DNA of 64,000 bases, from contig OZ076413.1 of NCBI GenBank assembly GCA_964187785.1, positions 41,542,001-41,606,000 of the forward strand, read 5' to 3'. Of the stretch, positions 37,301 through 47,459 are shown in pieces. The translations under genes and the position numbers were made by a program. Each line of letters opens with the position of its first letter. Within the stretch, counting starts at the first letter, position 1. Below the pieces are notes generated by a model. The model had not been told where the DNA came from. It worked only from the letters and a program-made list of their open reading frames with translations, and searched no databases. This DNA is from Amphiscolops sp. MND2022 (lineage: Eukaryota).

Positions 37301-40300
37301 ACCATTATTTGGAAGGATGGGGCAGGACCTTCTTTTACAATGGATTGGGGGGCCAACAGGCGTATTTTCCTGAGGTCTGCCTCCGGGATTGCACTGGAGT
37401 GAGCTCCAGTGTCTATCAGGCCATCTAGAGTTAATTCCCCAAAGTCTATTGGGAAATAGAGCATTCGTCGTTTGAATTTAAGTCCAAGGTTTGTTGAAAG
37501 GGGAACGTATGGTAATTCTCCTTCTTTGGTCACTAGGAGGTGTAAGAAGGCTGTCTCGTCTAAAAGACTATTAGGAGCCTTGTGGTCCTCCTGTGTGTGT
37601 ATGGCGTCTACTTCTTGTATAGTTGCCTCAAAGTTCGGCTGCCAAAGATCAATGAGGGCCCGAGACAGTGTGTTGTCTTCAATGTCTGGGTCGTCCTCGT
37701 CGTCAGTTGGAGGGTAATCTTCGTTTCGAAATTGTAAATTTGTTTTGTCATATAGTTCTTCGTCCCAGTACGGGTCTTTGCCATACTGGGGGTCATAGTA
37801 TTGAGGGTTATATTCTTCGACAGTTTGTAAGGGTCTAAATTGAGTTTCGGAGTCGTTGTAATTGCTTTTCCGTCGATATATGTATGGGTGATCACTGTGA
37901 ATGATATATTGAGTTTCTCTGCGGGCGTCGGCCATCTGCTGCTGCCAGACAGTCGATGGCATCCCTGTGGTGTCGTTTTGAGTTTGTTTATAAGTAATGT
38001 TTGCAGGGTCAAATATGACGTACTGTCGTACTGACATCTTGTTACATATTTGGAGTCGTGGCGAAATTAGTTTTTGAGTCCGTTTTACGTGAGTTTGATT
38101 GGCCTGAAGATGCAGTTTCAGGGTTAGTTGACTTTTTGGACGATTTTTCATCGCCAGAGGTGTCATCAGCCTTATCCTCAGGACGTGTCTTTTTGGGGCG
38201 TAAATGTGCTCCAGCCCCTTTCCAGCATCTCTCAACGGGGTGATTTTTCTTTCCGCAAGTAGGGCATTCTGGGTATGTAGGGCGTAGGGGCTTTTTGCCA
38301 TTTTTGTCCTCTAGTTCCTTTTTCTTTTTCAATTTAGGGCAGCTCTTATAAAAGTGGCCTGTGGCTTTACAATAAGAGCATTGTGCGTCCTTATTAGTAT
38401 TTATGCCATTAGAGAGCAAATTGTTGTTACTGGTGGACGCAGAGGCCATTGTGGCGATTGGCAAATCGTCTGACTCTTCTAATGCGTTGAGTTCAAGCTC
38501 TTTTTCAAGATGAGCGACGATTTCTTCATATGTCCCGTTCTCCAGGCGGGCCATATTGACAGATCGTTTCAATTTTGGAGGCAGTTTTGCGTATAATAAG
38601 CTGTCAATCATGCTTTTTGCATTTTCGCCGAAAGCTTTTTCTGCCCCCTGGTTCAGTTCTTCCAAGAAATCCGGCAATTTCATGGTATTCGGATCGAAAG
38701 TCAGCCGATGCCATTTGTGTTTTGCCGTTGCTTGGGATTCCGGTTTGACGTATTTTCTCCGGAATATGATTAGCACATCCTCGAGTGTTTGACGGTTAAT
38801 TGAGTTTATGTTCCTGAAGGTCTGCAGGGCCCCTTTTCTGAGCAATGAGTGAAAATGGTTTATTTTCATTTGCTCTGTCATGGCCGGTTGCATTTTGATC
38901 ATTGTGTGGAACAAGTCCTCGAAAAGCTCAAACTTTTCGCTTTTTCCGTCAAATGTCATTGGTGTGGTTTGGACCGGTCGGATGGTCATCGTTTGGGGTT
39001 TGTTTTGCAAGTTGACTAGTGCATCGGCCAATCTGTTAAGCGGGTCCTGAGGTGTCTGTGGGACCTCAGGGTCTGGGGCTGGCAGAGTCGTGTCCAGAGA
39101 GACATTGTGGTTAGATTGTTGCCTCTCTAGGTTTGGGATTGAGTGGATTCGTCCAGTCAGGAATTCAGGAATTGGCTGTTGGGTTTCGTTAGCTCCTGTC
39201 ACCATGTAATGACTACAACCTGCAATGTCTCCTAAATCACATGCAGACTGTGAGTCCTTCTTTGCAAATTTTGATTTAAACCCGGAAGAACATTCCCTAT
39301 TTTCCTGGCTATTCGGGGAAACACTAGCCTCAGTGTCCCTATTTCCTGTGGAAGACATAGAACTCACAATGTTCTGGATTTCAGGAATGACTCTCTCAGA
39401 AATAGCATTGCTAATTGCCCTGTTTATCTGACTATGCACCATAGACATCATTGAATCCATTTCCTGTGACAGTCTAAGGTTGAACTCGTTTGAAAAGGTC
39501 TCAAGGGATTGTCTTATGTCATCTTGTCTAGGAAGATTATTTTCATGAGGAAAATTAGTATACCGATTCTCCAGGTATTCACTCGTCTCAATATCTCCTT
39601 GTACTGATGATTGTTCAATGGCATCTGCGATTTCTCTCTCAATAGGATTTTCACTCCCATTACCTAACATTACGTCCAAGTTGTCCATATCGGACATCAT
39701 GTCCATTTCTCTAGACTTTCTTGCCTTAGCTTTCTGTCTTCTTGTGGAAGGCATAAATGGTTGTACTAGAGGTAATATTTAAATTATTCTAGTAATCGGT
39801 TATTAACAACTGAACGGTTAATAATTTGTATCTGAGTATTATCAAAAGGTGAAACTGATAATAATATCGCTTGTCAAATTGTGTCCCCGAGGACAGCTAG
39901 TCCTGGGTATTTATAGTTAGGGCGGGGGTGATGATCTAATTTCAGGGTGTCATGCATCTATTTTTAGAACATAACGGCTAAAAATAGCACCGTGATGTCA
40001 TCAACACACTAGATATATACTTCAAAGGGCTAGCGGTGACTGAATATTAATACGGCCTCCATGGCTACAATGACAATAACAGCCAAGAATTACATATATT
40101 AACATGTAAAAGCAACAATTCATGTATCATGTTTTATAACATGACTTTTCTAGCCATATTAGCTAGAATGTATCTAAAATAGTAAGCATCAAGATTTTAA
40201 TTTCTGTACTTTCAAGGTACAGGAATGGACAAGTATCCACGCTGTCTTATTATAGCAACTAATAGAGCAGCTTTCAACTATCTAAAATAACAGCATTGTC

Positions 40301-43300
40301 GGCTTGTGTCAAAGTGGACATGCTGTCCTTTATTTATTTCCAAGCCGTGAGAATGAAAGCCAAGTACGGCGCAGGTACTAATACCGCCATATTGGTTTAA
40401 TAGCAACTGTACATGTACATAACTAAATACTGCTCTCTGATTGGTTGATTTCAAATTGGATGCTTTGTCCAAGGCGACAGGCAAGAAAACATTTGAACTC
40501 GTTTCCTTTGCCTGTACGCCTTGGTGTCCAATTTCAAATTCACCGTACATTAATATACATATGAATAGTAACAGCATCTAACATTTTACATTGAGTATAA
40601 AATCAACTAATACTAAGCAATCGAAATATTACTTTCCGAACAAGTTTTAATTTATTGGGAGGGTATTCGGCAGGGCTCTTTGGTAGCTGTGGCTTATTGA
40701 ATACAGATTCCCATCACAGGCGGCCGCCTGGGACAACTATGTTATCGTAATTAGTTCGCCGCCATGTAGAACACAAATTCAATAAGTTTTCTTCACTCCT
40801 TTTTCAATTTTCAACCAATCAGAAGCGTTCAAAAATTATATGAACTATATTTCGATGAATTGCTTCCAAAATTTCGGCGCTTTGAATACAGGTTGAACTT
40901 TCCTTGAGAATCTGAACAGATCTGTGCGCCTTTTTTTCCTTGAGGATCTGTAAAGATTGTGCCACTGCTACGCAAGGACAACTGCAGATCTGCAAGGATC
41001 TTTACAGATTTTCAAAGATTTTCTATACAGATTTTTCATGAATTTTTTTCCAGAGTTTCTGGGAAACAACGTATGTCATTTTTGGGCTTCTTCAACAAGT
41101 ATTTTTTGCTGACCAAGGCTCAGTCAGTTAAAACTCTCCATCGCTCAAAATTCTTGAGCAGAAAAGCTTGTCCCCATCAAGGTAATTTTGGTGTCTGGGG
41201 AATGTTTGGTATTGGTTTTGACTAGTTTATGACTAGTTAATTTTCCACAAATCCTAGAATATATGTCAGGATCTGTACAGATCTGTACAGATTCGCAGGA
41301 AGTGCTCAATATGGGTAATCGACGCCTTGAATATTCGACGTTTTCTTTGGGAATCCGCCCTAGTTCATCAAACTAGGTGCTCGTGGAGAGCTGTCGGATT
41401 ACATGTAGATTTTGGACACTTTGGAGGCATAAAGTTGGAAGGATTCTTCCATATCTCGTATCTTTATTCTCCAATACAATTTTCAGTGACACCTTTTCCA
41501 TCATTGATGTATACTTTTGAATGGTCTCGTTATAAATACATGTATATTGCAAGCTCTTGTCATTTTTTTTTCTGGCCTGCTATAAAAACCTATTTTTCTC
41601 TGATGAATTTACATATATTCAACAGTTCCAAAAACATTCTTATACACATTATTTTGATGTCATCATGTAACTTCAAACAATCAACTACGAATTTATTACC
41701 GGTAACAAAACTCCCAGTGTAAAAACTCTTGGATTTCTTACCAAGATCTTGGATTTTCCTACAAAATCCTGCTACCTCTTGAATTTCTTGATAAGATCTT
41801 GGAAAGTCTTAGTTCTTCCAAAACATCTTGAATTTCTTGACAAGAATCTTGCCAAGATTCTTATCAAGAAATCCGGGGGGTGAAAATTTCGATAAGTTCA
41901 AAATTTAGTGCGATTTCACAAATTGTTGAATTAGGCCTGTTTACAGTAATTTTGGGCCATGTTTGGAAAAATTATGGAAAAATCAATAAAATTTACCCTT
42001 TTGTCAGCAAATTTACGGCAAATTTCGGAGACCAATTGTGAGAGAGCAGAATTCAATGATTTTTCAACTTTATCTGCATTTTTTGGATCTTTCAGGATCA
42101 ATTTTATGTCTGAAACGTACTTTTTAGATCATTGATATATACCGATTGGATCTTGTTTTCAATCCTTTTTGGGCCCTCGTTTTGCTTAATCCAGGTCTTA
42201 ATATGCAATTGTGAGAGCAAAGTCAATGGTTTTCCAACTTCAGCTGCATTTTTGGATCTTTCATGTTCAATTTTAGGTCTGGAACATGTATTTTTTAAGA
42301 TCCTTGATACATACCAATTGAATCCTGTTTTCAACTCTTTCAGGTCATTATTTTGCTCAAATCAGATCTGAATTTGCAATTACGAGAGCAGAATTCAATG
42401 ATTTCCCAACTTCATCTGCGTCTTTTTGGATCTTTTATGATCAATTTCGGGTCTGAAACATGTATTTTTAGATCCTTGATGTATACCAAATATTGGATCT
42501 TGTTTTCAATCCTTTTGGGTCATTATTTTAGCTCATTTGCCGAGACTTCTGAAGGTTTTTGATGACTGAGTTTATAAACGGGAATCTTGAATACTCTTGC
42601 CTTTTCTTGCTTATTCTTGGTTCCTCTTGAATCTCTTGATAAGAATCTTGGGATTCCTTGAATTTCTTGGCACGATCTTGCAAGATCTTGCAAATTCTTG
42701 GATTTCTTGGTAAGAGTCTTGGCAAGATTCTTACCAAGAAATCCAAGAATATCCAAGATTCTTATGAAGAGTTCCAAGAGTTTTTCTACTGAGCTTTCAC
42801 TTTATTGAGCTCATTAATGGATATAATACGTCTCGTTTCCCAAATACATCACTTACTTTGTATCGTGTTGTCTCTTTTTCTGTTTGTAGGTTTGAAACCC
42901 CAGTGCGGAGAATCTTTTTTGTTGATTGAGTCCTCCCAAAAACTCAACATTGCCCTCATGGACAACTGCATCGTTACGTTTTCCTAAATAAAAAAGGGAA
43001 TTTAAACTTCTCATCTGAAGTTTTACTTATTCATTTGAATTTAATTCAAGTCAAAATCTCAAAATCTCCGAAGTTAAAATCTCATAAGTTTAAATCCCCC
43101 CTAATTAGAGAATCGTGATTAGCTACGTTAACACACCGATAAAGCCCTAAAGGCAGGTCGCAAAGATTGTGACTTAGATTTTAACCATGCAAGTTTCAAA
43201 TAAGGAGATTTTGATATGTAACCGCTGTCGAGTCTCTGAAAAAACATGAAGCGTTGCGCCTAGTTGCGTTATATCAATGAACCCAATGAGTAGCTCTACC

Positions 43301-43662
43301 CTAGTTGAAACTTCAGACACATTCTGCAAAAAATGCCGATTCTTCGACTATAGGTGATATCAATAGCATTCCGCAATGCACAACTCAAATGTTGTTCAAA
43401 ATGTATTTTTTTGCAATTCCACTATTTTGTGAAATAATAATTATAGTACAGTTATGGTGAAGGAGAAGAAATATACCTGGATTGGGATTGAGTTTTTCAT
43501 TTTCTGTGTCGCAATAATCTGTTGCTGTTTGAGTGTCTCTATCTTGTGACCTTTGTGCCCACTGACACAAGATACGCAAATACCCTCACCATCGGTGACA
43601 CACATCATGCTTATCTCCTTGGCATGCCATTCACACAACTGACCCAAGAAAACGCCGTCCAT
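10319..43662 (-). CDS. B-box zinc finger plus Kelch-repeat protein, ~386 aa, 7 exons: 43662-43477, 42983-42857, 20994-20775, 19535-19335, 18907-18710, 18351-18177, 10372-10319
   Basis: All junctions are GT-AG with compatible phases (0,1,2,2,2,0), total 1161 nt. Exon 1 has the B-box2 pattern CEWH..CVTD..ICVSC..HKGH. Five Kelch GG motifs (ILIAGG, FIFGG, YVVGG, FVFGG, YIVGG). The terminal exon GPKLSQEIGWPTRCVCW* continues the Kelch pattern. The Kelch exons are high confidence; their link to the B-box exons across a ~21.9-kb intron is inferred. Confidence 0.7.
10417..11190. mobile_element. Non-autonomous DNA transposon (MITE) with CCC-terminal TIRs and 2-bp TSD (CMC/EnSpm-like)
   Basis: CCCAGTCTTCGAAGCCATG ... 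CATTGCTTCGAACACTGGG (2 mismatches), flanked by CA on both sides; arrays of CCATGATCTTG(G/A)CAAG subterminal repeats at both ends. Confidence 0.75.
11694..11911 (+). repeat. 5' LTR (218 bp)
   Basis: Direct repeat of 17911-18125, preceded by TSD AGCTG. Confidence 0.95.
11912..11924 (+). promoter_or_regulatory. Primer-binding site, tRNA-Ser-like
   Basis: TGGCGCTGCGAGC directly after the LTR; its complement GCTCGCAGCG-CCA resembles tRNA-Ser 3' ends. Confidence 0.7.
11971..17770 (+). pseudogene. gag-pol: Degenerate gag-pol
   Basis: Collinear ORF fragments in the order gag, PR, RT, RNase H, integrase. Confidence 0.9.
14091..15771 (+). repeat. Tandem triplication (~590-bp unit) of the RT-thumb/RNase H region with a nested ~100-bp duplication
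   Basis: GTTAATGCAAAGTCCCAGGG starts at 14091, 14682 and 15272; the copies are nearly identical. Confidence 0.95.
17911..18125 (+). repeat. 3' LTR (215 bp)
   Basis: Follows the PPT and is followed by TSD AGCTG. Confidence 0.95.
20046..20476. repeat. Loopless ~430-bp palindrome (foldback/MITE-like)
   Basis: Centre CACTG|CAGTG at 20261/20262; inner 86-bp arms are perfect, outer arms have scattered mismatches. Confidence 0.95.
21849..22648 (+). mobile_element. Solo LTR (800 bp) encoding a Gag-like N-terminus
   Basis: TGTC...GACA termini with ACCAT on both sides; ORF 22327-22671 (MIITRAQS...coiled coil) starts inside and runs past the right end. Confidence 0.8.
23077..24510 (-). mobile_element. 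Non-autonomous Helentron-like (HINE/DINE-type) element with a ~690-bp internal direct repeat
   Basis: Subterminal IRs TTGGGCACGAGC (23101) and GCTCGTGCCCCA (24496); GC-rich hairpin GCGCGAC-n5-GTCGCGC (23082-23100) next to one IR; 23270-23560 recurs at about 23965-24260. Confidence 0.6.
25145..26675 (-). repeat. 3' LTR of element A
   Basis: Direct repeat of 39205-40735 (offset 14060); TGTCCC...ATTACA on the minus strand. Confidence 0.97.
26587..27420 (-). CDS. Accessory ORF of element A (~277 aa from the ATG), acidic/Pro-rich with CxxCxxC, spanning the PPT into U3
   Basis: Uninterrupted ORF MDQQELSPEST...GCTDCLVCG...LIPGGVSQ...PIN*; the PPT and the first ~89 nt of the LTR are coding. Confidence 0.7.
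   Translation of the reverse strand: MDQQELSPESTLFPMDFQGAAPGDGIIYISSDESMECLSTSSVEDLDDLSEPEDDEVALLARCIERQMEIPSTSKAIPVPDNDTVKYNRKGTPRPMPTPEPTFNAGYFDLGMGMGPVPRDSRQKNNHPINVCRQLIPMVDTPLSPPPQDKYPMYDEQNPMGQTVLLSEQGMQNYSHFKMADGSLTPYMTGCTDCLVCGKSVEQIQDEAVIDYLHKTAVYGELPEQFNARRLAFLEGMKVGSFMLIPGGVSQAAACDGNLYSISHSYQRALPNTLPIN
28723..32708 (+). CDS. Antisense, spliced BED-finger / hAT-transposase-derived gene inside element A (exons about 28721-30440, 30518-31003, 31074-31208, 31328-31409, 31560-32708), with probable frameshifts near 28740, 32320 and 32570
   Basis: Four short GT-AG introns (GTAAGT/GTAGGC/GTTAGT donors, CTAAC branch point at 30491) join in frame (phases 0,0,0,1). FYCQICKANVSIKTKGAREIIRHYQGEAH is a BED-like C2H2 finger, followed by a hAT-like core pattern. 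Confidence 0.75.
32969..38070 (-). pseudogene. pol: pol of element A (PR, dUTPase-like insert, RT, RNase H, integrase) with one frameshift (~34815) and one in-frame stop (33392-33394)
   Basis: LIDTGA, YVDD, TDAS, HGTAHRHPG..CETC, IDLL, TDKG, LERTH, WIGPF; the three track ORFs join into one polyprotein. Confidence 0.93.
38042..39754 (-). CDS. gag: gag of element A (570 aa, two CCHC knuckles); first 183 codons lie within the 5' LTR
   Basis: Capsid-like FDGKSEKFELFEDLF; knuckles CSYCKATGHFYKSC and CPTCGKKNHPVERC; the ATG at 39754 is inside LTR 39205-40735. Confidence 0.92.
   Translation of the reverse strand: MPSTRRQKAKARKSREMDMMSDMDNLDVMLGNGSENPIEREIADAIEQSSVQGDIETSEYLENRYTNFPHENNLPRQDDIRQSLETFSNEFNLRLSQEMDSMMSMVHSQINRAISNAISERVIPEIQNIVSSMSSTGNRDTEASVSPNSQENRECSSGFKSKFAKKDSQSACDLGDIAGCSHYMVTGANETQQPIPEFLTGRIHSIPNLERQQSNHNVSLDTTLPAPDPEVPQTPQDPLNRLADALVNLQNKPQTMTIRPVQTTPMTFDGKSEKFELFEDLFHTMIKMQPAMTEQMKINHFHSLLRKGALQTFRNINSINRQTLEDVLIIFRRKYVKPESQATAKHKWHRLTFDPNTMKLPDFLEELNQGAEKAFGENAKSMIDSLLYAKLPPKLKRSVNMARLENGTYEEIVAHLEKELELNALEESDDLPIATMASASTSNNNLLSNGINTNKDAQCSYCKATGHFYKSCPKLKKKKELEDKNGKKPLRPTYPECPTCGKKNHPVERCWKGAGAHLRPKKTRPEDKADDTSGDEKSSKKSTNPETASSGQSNSRKTDSKTNFATTPNM
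39193..39204 (-). promoter_or_regulatory. Primer-binding site (tRNA-Leu-like), also Gag-coding
   Basis: TGGTGACAGGAG immediately after the LTR end ...ATTACA; translated as part of HY|MVTGA. Confidence 0.7.
39205..40735 (-). repeat. 5' LTR of element A with a candidate TATA box (CTATAAATA, about 39909-39917)
   Basis: Direct repeat of 25145-26675; the TATA-like motif lies ~155 nt upstream of the gag ATG. Confidence 0.95.
40888..41315. mobile_element. Degenerate CCC-type MITE with ACAGATCTGT subterminal repeats
   Basis: Left TTGAACTTTCCTTGAGAATCTGAACAGATCTG is an imperfect inverted match to right CAGATCTGTACAGATTCGCAGGAAGTGCTCAATATGGG. Confidence 0.45.
41713..42793. mobile_element. CCC-terminal MITE (CMC/EnSpm-like), TSD CT, containing three ~170-bp tandem units
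   Basis: CCCAGTGTAAAAACTCTTGGA ... TCCAAGAGTTTTTCTACTGAG flanked by CT; CAAGA/TCTTG subterminal arrays; units start CAATT(G/A)..GAGAG at about 42032, 42207 and 42377. Confidence 0.75.
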
Positions 43663-44269
43663 GATCGAATCGTGATCCAATTAAACCTTTTTCACGAACT
43701 TTTTTGTACTCTTTTGTTTCACGAGACAACAATTTTTAGTCTGACAGATCCACGGAATAATAAATAGTGAAAGTTGACCCGGGCTCGTTTAACTTTGAAT
43801 CAAAGTTTGTGAGTGTGGAGCTAATTGCTTATCAATCATTGATTTGTTAGCCCTCCTAATGAATATGTTTGCACCACAAATACTTTCAAGCATGATTAAA
43901 ACTGGCTAATTCCAAGCTATCACGAAACAACACCAGTATAATTTTTTACAGTACACTGATATTAAAACTCTTGAACGACTAGGTACTTTTAATAAATGGA
44001 CTTTGTATGCAAAAACATATGCTTATAAGCAAACACGACGATGATGGAAGTGGAACGGGAACCACGTAGATACAACGCAGTTTCTAAAACATAATCAGCT
44101 CCATAGCAATATTTGTACTAAGTTGAATGAACAAAACAGTCAAACTGTTTGAACATTTCTCGTTTGAGTTCCTGGAGATTTTTCACTTGTGATTGTCGCG
44201 CATTTAAACATCAAAGTCTGTCTTTCTAACTATCTTTTCTTCACAAGTCGATCCTCCTGGCAGTATATT

Positions 44270-45593
44270 TGTAAGGACGTAGGTCCACAGTGTCCCTAAG
44301 ATCAAGGGCACACCAAGAATCCTTACTTGTTAATTTTGTCTTTACCACATTTGTTTCTTCGCTGCTATCCTGAATATTAACAGACGTTCCGGGCTCAGTG
44401 TCACTATGTCCGGGAGACAGCGAACCCATCTTTTTTTGTATCTCAGGGATAACTCTGTCGCTAATTGCAGAGCTTATGGCCCTGTTGATCTGAGAATTCA
44501 TCATGTTTATTAGAGGAATCATTTCTTGAGAAAATCTCATGTTTATCACATTTGAGAAGCCTCCATAGATTCAAATAATCTGTCATGCTTATGAATTTCA
44601 TTTTCAGCATTAATGTTCCTAATCTTATTCTCCTGTGATTCATTTCCTCTTGTGTGAGAAAAGGCCCAGGGTTATTATAACAAGCTGAGCCATTGATGAT
44701 ATTCGCTAACTCTCTTTCAGTGGAGTAAGTGTTTCCACCACCTAGCATCACGTCTATGTTATCATAATCGGACGGTAAGTCCATTTCTCTTCAACGCCAA
44801 GCTTTAGCTTTCGGTCTTCTTGTTCAAGGCATCAAAATCATTCAGAGAGGTAAGAATGTATTTCCTGGAAGAACAATATGTAGGAGAGGCATTCAAAATA
44901 GAAACAATCATTGTGCTAAATTTAGCGCCTTGTTTATCTAAAAATAGCATCGTCACTTTCTAAAAACAACCTCAAAGCTATATGACGCCCCGCAGCCCTA
45001 CTCGTCGTCAGGGATGTGTGGGAATGGTAATACTATTTTCGAGTTCAAGTAGTTCAACTCTACATATTTCAAATGATGAACTACTACGCGTAAAATAACA
45101 TACATGTGACACTACATGTTAGCTTAATTGACATTTACAAAACATAAAACGTGAAAGCAACAAAATGTGAAAAAAAGTTTGGTAGAAAAATGGCTGCTTT
45201 AGTTCAATAGGATCGTCTGCGGCAACGCTCTCTGATAGATATCTTGAATGTAATAAACATTCACGTCGCAGGCTGTAGTAGCCTGCGACAAAATTTTAGG
45301 GGGTCAATGTTAGTCAACACTGCATGCAGTGTGCCGGGAAGCGTTTTAAAGGAGGACCTTCCAGAGACTAGTTATTTCATACAAGATCAGGAAAGATGTC
45401 GTGTAGAGTTTTTCCAAGCCTATTGTTAGCAAAAAATTGTAGTGTTTTCATTGCTTTTGGCCTCACCCCGGTTGAAACTGCTTGGACATTTTACAAGTAA
45501 TTGTTGGTTGCAAGGCTAATTTTTTATGATTTTAAAATGACAGTTTAAAAAATTTAGATTTTATAAAACTTTCAAGGAACTTTGCTGGCATCA
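44270..45593 (-). mobile_element. Old solo LTR related to element A, with a decayed Gag N-terminus
   Basis: Remnant TRRPKAKA..REMDLPSDYDNIDVMLGGG...SQEM..INRAISSAISDRVIPEIQ aligns by eye with element A Gag; ends ...CCTTACA at the equivalent position; ATATT flanks both proposed ends (right boundary less certain). Confidence 0.75.
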
Positions 45594-47259
45594 ATATTCA
45601 TTGATACGATTTAATTTGATCAAGCTGCATATAAGATGCATCCTGAAGTTTGCGGCATATTCCGAGCTGCGAAGTTTTACAGTTTTCATTAAGAAGCAGT
45701 TCTAATTTTGAAAGCAACCTACTTTATTTCAAAGCCAATAAATTTTATACGTGACATTTATGCAGTCACATTATAAGTTTCAAAGAAGCGTCATATCCAG
45801 CGTGTTATTTGACTTACATTGATTACTTGAAGTACTTACCAGAGAAACTTACGCGTGAAAACAAAGCTTTGAAAAAGTAGAAATGTTTACAGTTTTAATT
45901 GCAATAGTGGAAACTGCTTTGTAATCCTACAAAATGTTTCCATTTATGCTCCCTGAATTTTCCATGTATTGTAAAAAGTTAAAATGTATGTTTCCATGCA
46001 GTGAATGAAAAATTCAAGCAATCTCGACTACTTTAAGACCGTCACAAATGGTGCAGCGGCACTGCTATATTTTCTTGCCCTTGGAGAGCCAAAAAATATT
46101 ATGCAGAAGATTTGCAACACAAACTTTAGACGTTGAAAAAGATTAAATTAACAATTCAAGCACCATAGTTTCCAAATATAACTAATACATGGTTTTATAG
46201 CTGCAAAACGGGTAAATTGTTTCGATGAAGACTAGTTTTGGAAACCGAAATGAGAACAGTCGTGCGGTTGCAAGTAGATTACAGTGAGGAAGGCTTCCGA
46301 ATTGGGCGGGCTGCTTTAGTTATTACTGCATGTTACGCATCTAGTGGGTCCTCTAATGCCTCCTCCTAAAGCCGATCCCATGGATTTCTAAATACAGAAA
46401 ATTTCAAAATTATTTTCAAGACGGCACAAAAACGTTTGCTGGCTTACAGACCAACCAATTAATTGCACTAATTAAAGTTCGTTATGATCTCTTCGTGAAA
46501 AAAAATCATGATATAAGCATAGTTAGATATACATTTGTTTGAAGTCCAAATTACCCTGATAAGGATTATGCAATTCACAAGCAATAGTGCCTGAAAATCT
46601 GAAGGAAACTTCCATGTGAAAAATATCAAGTTGAGATCAGCTTTCATCAAAAAGCATTTTAATTTTAGCATCAATTTTCAGCCTTGAAGTTTTGCAGGTT
46701 TCATAAGAAAACAAATGTTTAAATGCAACTAAACTTTCCCTGCCATTTTAATGCAACATAATAAACGTAATAAACTGCAAATTAGCGGAAGAAAAAAGTA
46801 TTTTGAACTTGAACTTCAGCTGCATGTGTTTAAACTGCAGTGTAATGCCTAAAAAAATTACCAGAAAAAGCTTACTGAAGTTTTCAGATTTTATAAAAAG
46901 TAACCCTGCAAGAGCTCTGCAGCATGTAAAAAGTTCCAGCGGTCTCAACTAGGGTTGCTTCGAGGGCATCGAACAGCCATTATTTTTTCTGCTTTCAGTT
47001 TATCACTTCATACGAGATCTCACTATTGGGCTCTTCGCAGCAAACAATACCCATGAAACTTTTTTTAAAAAACAAACACTGATATCATTCAAACAAGTGG
47101 CATATTCCACTCATTATTATACTGTCGATTTGAATATTTATTCTGAGTACAGAATTTAAAACAAAAACCATACCCTTCAAAAGAGTTTTTGGACGAATAG
47201 CGCGGATAATAAGACAGATGTGTCCGATATGTCATTTGTCCTTGTGGCTACAAGACTTT

Positions 47260-47459
47260 NNNNNNNNNNNNNNNNNNNNNNNNNNNNNNNNNNNNNNNNN
47301 NNNNNNNNNNNNNNNNNNNNNNNNNNNNNNNNNNNNNNNNNNNNNNNNNNNNNNNNNNNNNNNNNNNNNNNNNNNNNNNNNNNNNNNNNNNNNNNNNNNN
47401 NNNNNNNNNNNNNNNNNNNNNNNNNNNNNNNNNNNNNNNNNNNNNNNNNNNNNNNNNNN
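47260..47459. other. Assembly gap (200 N)
   Basis: Run of N. Confidence 1.

Larger units (their letters stand above)
25145..40735 (-). mobile_element. Young 15.6-kb Ty3/Gypsy LTR retrotransposon 'A' with accessory genes
   Basis: 1531-bp LTRs differing at ~8 positions; TSD ACTAT (25140-25144 and 40736-40740); PBS TGGTGACAGGAG; PPT AGGGGGAG; gag, PR-RT-RH-IN; ~6.3 kb of extra internal sequence. Confidence 0.97.
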
